62,438 bases of DNA, from positions 1 to 62,438 of the forward strand of contig CAZHSB010000004.1 of NCBI GenBank assembly GCA_964534945.1. The letters run 5' to 3'. The notes under the pieces are model-generated. The model saw nothing but the letters and a program-made list of their open reading frames with translations. It did no database searches and was not told where the DNA came from. The stretch is from an uncultured Bdellovibrionales bacterium. GTDB taxonomy: Bacteria; Bdellovibrionota_C; UBA2361; CAKMMH01. A program made the position numbers and the translations under genes. The stretch's first letter is position 1. Each line of letters opens with the position of its first letter. Shown here one piece after another: positions 57,905-62,438 of the stretch.

Positions 57905-59536
57905 ATGTTAACGAAATCATCAATTGATAAAATAATTCCAATATTAAATAAAGAAGCCAAGCGCGCTCTTACAATGAAACTTAGAGGTTTTCCAAAGCCT
58001 TACTATTGTTCTTTCTTGTTAAGAGACACAAACTGGTTTAATACTTGGGCAAGTAATGGTTCTTTATATAAAAGAAAATCAGATAAAAATCGTAATGTTT
58101 ATTGTGATTTAAGAGTGGGGAGTTATCGATATGATCAAATATCAGATGGTGGTCTTTTAGATAATGACAAAGAAGAACATTCCTACGATAACGTAACAAT
58201 GCCAATTGATGATAAAGATTATCAAGGACTTCAAATCGCTATTTGGAAATTGCTCGAAGAAAAGTTTAAAGAAGCACTGTCTAATTATAATTTAAAAGAA
58301 GCTGCAAGAGTTTCAACCATAGACACAACAAGAGAATTTGATTCTTTTTATAAACTTCCCCAAAAAAGAATTATAAAATATTCTCGTCCAGAAAAAGTTA
58401 ACGAACAGCTTTGGGTAAATTTTTGTAAGCAAACATCAAAATGGATTTCTAGCCTTTCTGGCCTTACAAGTAGTTATGTCGATTTTGATTCAAATCAAGA
58501 AACAAAAATTTTTGTAAGTACAGAAAACAGGATCGTTGTTGAACATTATCAAACATATTCTTTAATGGTTGGACTTATAAAATTAACAAAAGAGGGAGTA
58601 CAATTAAATCAAGAATTAATTTTAAATACAGGATCACAAAAAGAACTTCCCAATTTACAAGATTTTAAAAAACAAGTTTTGGAAAAGCACAAACAACTTA
58701 TTAATCTTTCAAAGGCAAAAAAAATTCACTCGTTTTCTGGTCCTGTATTATTATCTCCTAAGGCTTCTGGAGTATTATTCCATGAAGCAATCGGACATAG
58801 GTTAGAGGGAAATAGATTATTATCAACGGGAGAGGGGCAAACTTTCAAGGGACAAATTGGAAAGAAAATTTTAGATACACCAATTACAATTCATGACAAT
58901 CCAAAACTAAAAAAATTTAACGGAAAAATTTGCATTGGTGCTTACGATTTTGATGATGAAGGGACTCCTGCAAAAGATGCTGTTTTAATAGAAGATGGCA
59001 TTCTAAAAGATTTTTTAAGCTCACGTGCATCTTTTAAGAAGAAAGATTTTATTCCAAATGGACATGGACGAAATAAAAAATTTCAACGTCCAATTAGTCG
59101 TATGGCAGTTACAATTGTAGAAGGGAAAAAGGGGTTACCTTTTGACACGTTGAAAAAACTTTTAATTGATGAAATCAAAAAGCAAAATAAAAAATTTGGA
59201 ATGATTGTTTATGAAACAAGTGGCGGAGAAACGGATACTTCAAGCTATGACTTCCAAGCTTTTTCTGGAGAAATCTCATATGCCACACTTATCTATCCTG
59301 ATGGAAGAGAAGAGCCTGTAAGAGGGGTCGATTTTGTGGGGACTCCACTTTTAGCGTTAAACAATATAATAGGAGTTGGAGATACTCAATATCAAGATAA
59401 TGGCTATTGTGGAGCAGAATCTGGATTTGTTCCTGTTACAACAATTTCTCCTGCAATTTTATTAAACAACTTAGAACTTCAAACAAAAGACGAAGAATTA
59501 ATTACGCAGTATATTTTGAAAAGGCCTACTTTATAA
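57905..59536 (+). CDS. TldD/PmbA family metallopeptidase
   Basis: 543 aa. HEAIGHRLEG zinc motif, C-terminal GYCGAESGFVPV. Confidence 0.85.
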   Translation: MLTKSSIDKIIPILNKEAKRALTMKLRGFPKPYYCSFLLRDTNWFNTWASNGSLYKRKSDKNRNVYCDLRVGSYRYDQISDGGLLDNDKEEHSYDNVTMPIDDKDYQGLQIAIWKLLEEKFKEALSNYNLKEAARVSTIDTTREFDSFYKLPQKRIIKYSRPEKVNEQLWVNFCKQTSKWISSLSGLTSSYVDFDSNQETKIFVSTENRIVVEHYQTYSLMVGLIKLTKEGVQLNQELILNTGSQKELPNLQDFKKQVLEKHKQLINLSKAKKIHSFSGPVLLSPKASGVLFHEAIGHRLEGNRLLSTGEGQTFKGQIGKKILDTPITIHDNPKLKKFNGKICIGAYDFDDEGTPAKDAVLIEDGILKDFLSSRASFKKKDFIPNGHGRNKKFQRPISRMAVTIVEGKKGLPFDTLKKLLIDEIKKQNKKFGMIVYETSGGETDTSSYDFQAFSGEISYATLIYPDGREEPVRGVDFVGTPLLALNNIIGVGDTQYQDNGYCGAESGFVPVTTISPAILLNNLELQTKDEELITQYILKRPTL

Positions 59537-59553
59537 GAATTTATAAAAGATTT

Positions 59554-60267
59554 TTAAGATATTACTTCTTGGGTATCATGTTTTCTTCTTGATATCTTTT
59601 TACTAACGTATTCTTTAAATTGATTGACTTTCTGTTCAAATTCTAAATTTTTATTTATAGACTTTTCCATATCACCTAAAGCTTTCTTTTTTATCCTTGA
59701 TATATGACAACGCGAATAACCAAGCTCTTTTGCGACATCAAGGACTTGTTCTCCTTTAAGATAAATTCTTTCTATAACATCTTTTTCAACATCATCAAGT
59801 TTCAAACAAGCTTCCTTTCCTAATTTATAAAGCTCTTTTCTTAGTAATATATCTATCGGCGTTGATGACGAACTTCCTATTAAAGCATCTGATACATCAT
59901 CATTTAAAGCATCTTTTAAATTTGAATATCCATTGATATCTTTATCCTCACCACTCATAGCGACAAACTCTTGTTTTGAAGAACCATTAATCATTGATGA
60001 GGCAGCGACTGCTTTAATTAAATTTCCTTTAAGATAATAAAATAAAAAAGTAATAAAACTTACTCCCCTCTTATCATCAAATTTTTGTGCAGCTTCACAT
60101 AACGATAAATCCGAAACAGAGTCAACTTCTTCTTGATCTATATGACTTCCCCACTTTTTTAAAATTCCAGTTGCTAATCTTCTAGACTTATCTCGATATT
60201 CTAGGATTAAGTTAATAACCTTTAATTTCTCTTGACTAATATAAAATACTTCTTCGTTAACAGCCAC
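59554..60267 (-). CDS. sigma-70 family factor, group 3 (FliA/WhiG-like), paralog 1
   Basis: 237 aa, GTG start with AGAGG SD. Region 2-like SDLSLCEAAQKFDDKRGVSFITFLFYYLKGNL. Region 4.2 HTH VLDVAKELGYSRCHISRIKKKAL. Confidence 0.72.
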   Translation of the reverse strand: MAVNEEVFYISQEKLKVINLILEYRDKSRRLATGILKKWGSHIDQEEVDSVSDLSLCEAAQKFDDKRGVSFITFLFYYLKGNLIKAVAASSMINGSSKQEFVAMSGEDKDINGYSNLKDALNDDVSDALIGSSSSTPIDILLRKELYKLGKEACLKLDDVEKDVIERIYLKGEQVLDVAKELGYSRCHISRIKKKALGDMEKSINKNLEFEQKVNQFKEYVSKKISRRKHDTQEVIS

Positions 60268-60415
60268 TTTTACCTCTTTTTGCTATAAAGATTGTTTCTT
60301 AAGATTCTTGATATACACCCAAAATGCTTCTTTTGAATTTTAGGTATTAGATATTTCCTTGAAAAATACGTATTTTTTTCATATACAAACGAAGAAATTT
60401 ATGAAAAAGTATTGT

Positions 60416-60444
60416 TAAAGTTTTTAGTAGTTTTTTCCCGATAT
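60416..60444 (+). promoter_or_regulatory. sigma-28-like promoter upstream of sigma paralog 2 (spacing 2 nt too long)
   Basis: Exact TAAAGTTT (60416-60423), 13 nt, CCCGATAT (60437-60444), versus TAAAGTTT-N11-GCCGATAA. The -10 ends 8 nt before ATG 60453. Confidence 0.35.
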
Positions 60445-60452
60445 TATGTAAC

Positions 60453-61280
60453 ATGGAACAACAAGAATCTTTTACTATGAGTATTGAAGATGCTAATGAT
60501 TTGGTGATTGAAAACCAAAAATGGGCTGAATCAATAGCAAAATCAGTGGCACACGCTTGGAATTTAGATTGGAAAATTGATGGATTAGATGGCGCTGCGC
60601 TAGAGGCTCTTATCTTTTGTTCCAGAAGATTTAATCCTACACTTGAGATTCCATTTAAAGCATACGCAAGAAAAAGAGTACATGAGGCTGCAGCTGAAGC
60701 TGCAAGAAAGTCAAAAGGTTGGGCAATTTCTAGGAAAAAAGATCCAGAAGAACACAAAGCAAAGGAAATTTCACAAGAATTATTAAAGCAATATCCAGAA
60801 ATTATGAATGGAGAATTGACTCTTTCTGCTGATCCTGATGATGAAAATAAGATCAATACAGAGCAAGGTCAAGAAAAAGCAACAAGATTAATTTTACGTG
60901 AAATGTTGTTAGGCGCAGACATTATTGCTAGCAAGCAAGAGCTATCACAAGAGCATGCTGATCCAGATGAAATACTTGAGGCAAAAAGAATGATTTGTGC
61001 GATAGCCGCTCTTGAAGTGATTCACCAACGCCTTTTATGGTCAATTTATTGGGAAGGACTTTCTTTAAGAGGATTAGCCGACGAATGGCATACAGATGAG
61101 CTAAATGTAATTCGAGAACACAAAATTCTTTTGGAATGGCTTTCAAAAAATATGAAATTTAGCAAAAAAATTCTTCCCCCAAAAGTTCGTCCAGGGCTTA
61201 AGAAAATTGCATTAAAATTAAAAAATGCAAATGAAAAGGGAAATTTTTCCGAACTTATTAAAAAGGTAAATGAAAAATGA
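60453..61280 (+). CDS. sigma-70 family factor, FliA-like, paralog 2
   Basis: 275 aa. LDGAALEALIFCSRRFNPTLEIPFKAYARKRVHEAAAEAARKSKGW parallels E. coli FliA ..GLLNAVERYDALQGTAFTTYAVQRIRGAMLDELRSRDW. Region 4-like LLWSIYWEGLSLRGLADEWHTDELNVIREHKILLEWL. Confidence 0.65.
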   Translation: MEQQESFTMSIEDANDLVIENQKWAESIAKSVAHAWNLDWKIDGLDGAALEALIFCSRRFNPTLEIPFKAYARKRVHEAAAEAARKSKGWAISRKKDPEEHKAKEISQELLKQYPEIMNGELTLSADPDDENKINTEQGQEKATRLILREMLLGADIIASKQELSQEHADPDEILEAKRMICAIAALEVIHQRLLWSIYWEGLSLRGLADEWHTDELNVIREHKILLEWLSKNMKFSKKILPPKVRPGLKKIALKLKNANEKGNFSELIKKVNEK

Positions 61281-61600
61281 CAGATAAGTTTAAAAGCAAA
61301 GGCATAAATGGAATAAACAAAACAACACAAACAGATAATATAAAAGCGACAGAAAATGTATCGTCTGTAGATTCCATTGATGAGGTTAAAAATATATCTA
61401 ACGTATCAAGCGTAACTGGAATTTCTGGAGTTAGAATGAATAAAATTACCCGTGTGATAACAGCAGAAGAACGAGAAAAAATATTTAATATGATAAATGA
61501 AGAAGCTGATGATCTTTTCGGAAAAGATTCAAAACGAGGAAAAGTTGCCAAAAATGCAGTCAAAATGGCAATAGATTCTGCAATTATAAAAGAAGATTAG
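61277..61600 (+). CDS. 107-aa hypothetical protein translationally coupled to sigma paralog 2
   Basis: ATGA start/stop overlap at 61277-61280. Ser/Val/Asn-rich N-terminal half, helical charged C-terminal half. No motif I recognise. Confidence 0.5.
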   Translation: MTDKFKSKGINGINKTTQTDNIKATENVSSVDSIDEVKNISNVSSVTGISGVRMNKITRVITAEEREKIFNMINEEADDLFGKDSKRGKVAKNAVKMAIDSAIIKED

Positions 61601-62438
61601 AAAACAACTAAATTTCTTCCAATCCATTTTGTAGATTTTCTAATATTACCCTTTTTAATGATTATCTTATATCTTACAGAATAAATTCCTACATCTAAAT
61701 TTTTATATGTTTTTGCACTTGATTTCTTTACTCCTAATTTTTTTATTCCAAGTTTATACATAACATCTTTGTGCCCAAGTCGTTTTATTTTTCTTATATG
61801 TGATAAATATTTATATTCAGTTTTTGGATCAATATTAGTATCATAATCTTTAAGTGAAGCACCATCGAACTCTTCATATCTAACCCTTAAATGCTTTTTG
61901 GTCCTTTTTTCAACCACTGGTTTTTCCAATATTGTAGCAGGATGAACTATTTTATACTTTTTGATAGGAGTGTATGTATTTGTAAAAGTATACGTCAATG
62001 TGTTTGATGGCGTGTACGTTGCCGTAAACGTATGGCTTGGTGTATAAGTTTTCGTAAATGTTTTTGATGGCGTGTACATCGCTATAAACGTATGGCTTGG
62101 CGTATAAGTTTCCGTAAACGTGTTTGATGGAGTGTACGTTGCTGTAAATGTATTGCTTGGTGTATAGGTTTTCGTAAATGTATTTGATGGCGTGTATGTC
62201 GCTGTAAATGTATTACTTGGTGTATAGGTTTTCGTAAATGTATTTGATGGAGTATAGGTTGCCGTAAATGTATGGCTTGGAGTATAAGTTTTTGTAAACG
62301 TATTTGATGGCGTGTACGTCGCTGTAAACGTATGGCTTGGTGTATAAGTTTTCGTAAATGTATTTGATGGAGTATAGGTTGCCGTAAATGTATGGCTTGG
62401 AGTATAAGTTTTTGTAAACGTATTTGATGGCGTGTACG
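61597..62438 (-). CDS. tandem-decapeptide-repeat protein (YTPSxTFTxT)n with basic C-terminal domain, 5' partial
   Basis: The tracked ORF starts at Met 62079, but that ATG is a Thr-to-Met variant inside the repeat. I translated the frame by hand over 62341-62438 and 62077-62100 and saw no stop; the intervening units are near-identical. The C-terminal ~120 aa are Lys/Arg-rich and non-repetitive. Confidence 0.7.
   Translation of the reverse strand, partial: YTPSNTFTKTYTPSHTFTATYTPSNTFTKTYTPSHTFTATYTPSNTFTKTYTPSHTFTATYTPSNTFTKTYTPSNTFTATYTPSNTFTKTYTPSNTFTATYTPSNTFTETYTPSHTFIAMYTPSKTFTKTYTPSHTFTATYTPSNTLTYTFTNTYTPIKKYKIVHPATILEKPVVEKRTKKHLRVRYEEFDGASLKDYDTNIDPKTEYKYLSHIRKIKRLGHKDVMYKLGIKKLGVKKSSAKTYKNLDVGIYSVRYKIIIKKGNIRKSTKWIGRNLVVF
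61960..62438 (-). repeat. in-frame tandem repeat, 30-nt unit with 60- and 120-nt higher-order periodicity
   Basis: Units such as TGTATAAGTTTTCGTAAATGTATTTGATGG / CGTGTACGTCGCTGTAAACGTATGGCTTGG alternate. 62281-62340 equals 62401-62438 over its length, and 62221-62280 differs from 62341-62400 at one base. The array continues past the window end. Confidence 0.92.

Noticed and set aside
59865-59885. GCCGATAG on the minus strand inside sigma paralog 1 (and ACCGATAG inside the M20 peptidase gene near 11705) as further sigma-28 promoters
   Set aside because: Both are inside coding regions and lack a TAAA element at the required 15-16 nt spacing.
60347-60856. 169-aa ORF antisense to sigma paralog 2, plus 60928-61146, 61046-61330 and 61258-61563 antisense ORFs
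   Set aside because: The + strand ORFs carry sigma-70 region 2/4 features and a coupled start/stop. The antisense ORFs are Ser/Phe/Leu-rich with no motifs.
61960-62438. Regular ~30-nt repeats as a CRISPR array
   Set aside because: The units are contiguous with no unique spacers. They are degenerate in a codon-like pattern and lie in an open reading frame continuous with a non-repetitive C-terminal domain.
1-62438. Mobile elements, prophage, defence islands, toxin-antitoxin pairs, rRNA/tRNA genes
   Set aside because: I recognised no transposase, integrase, recombinase, phage structural, restriction-modification, Cas or nuclease-type motifs in any tracked ORF. There are no long terminal inverted repeats other than those discussed.

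Overview
AT-rich (roughly 30% GC by eye), densely packed bacterial chromosome segment from a diderm organism. I cannot assign a taxon from sequence alone. It is mostly housekeeping. Envelope genes: skp-fabZ-lpxA-lpxI, pal, mlaA, an MlaF-like ATPase, a GT4 glycosyltransferase, fcl and a nucleotide-sugar dehydrogenase. MEP pathway: dxs, ispG. Fe-S assembly: sufBCD. Translation and RNA: infA, rlmN, rsmE, miaA, cspA-like. Others: accA, ndk, pyrR, map, lpdA, two aminotransferases, a K+-independent H+-pyrophosphatase, a P-type Ca2+-ATPase, a PerR-like/rubredoxin-GltS/rubrerythrin oxidative-stress cluster, cheY, and two FliA-like sigma factors. I found no tRNA, rRNA, CRISPR array, transposase or integrase. 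Parts not explained by ordinary annotation: (1) a 0.9-kb ORF-free spacer between fcl and rarA with a near-consensus promoter and nested long-range helices, a candidate novel structured RNA, followed by a second hairpin-dense segment; (2) a 1.3-kb island between dxs and aspC with two diverged 133-aa paralogs, each with its own promoter, shared SD and look-alike terminator; (3) head-to-head FliA-like sigma paralogs with a translationally coupled 107-aa ORF, beside a protein built from hierarchical 30/60/120-nt tandem repeats (YTPSxTFTxT) that runs off the window; (4) a 107-aa protein with a flagellin-C-terminus-like tail behind a good sigma-28-type promoter; (5) several genes whose -10 element ends 8-9 nt before the ATG, suggesting leaderless mRNAs; (6) a Ski2/HelY-like helicase split into two ATGA-overlapping ORFs at the end of a tight HK-ABC ATPase-helicase gene string. 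All functional calls come from motif recognition by eye. No database search was run.
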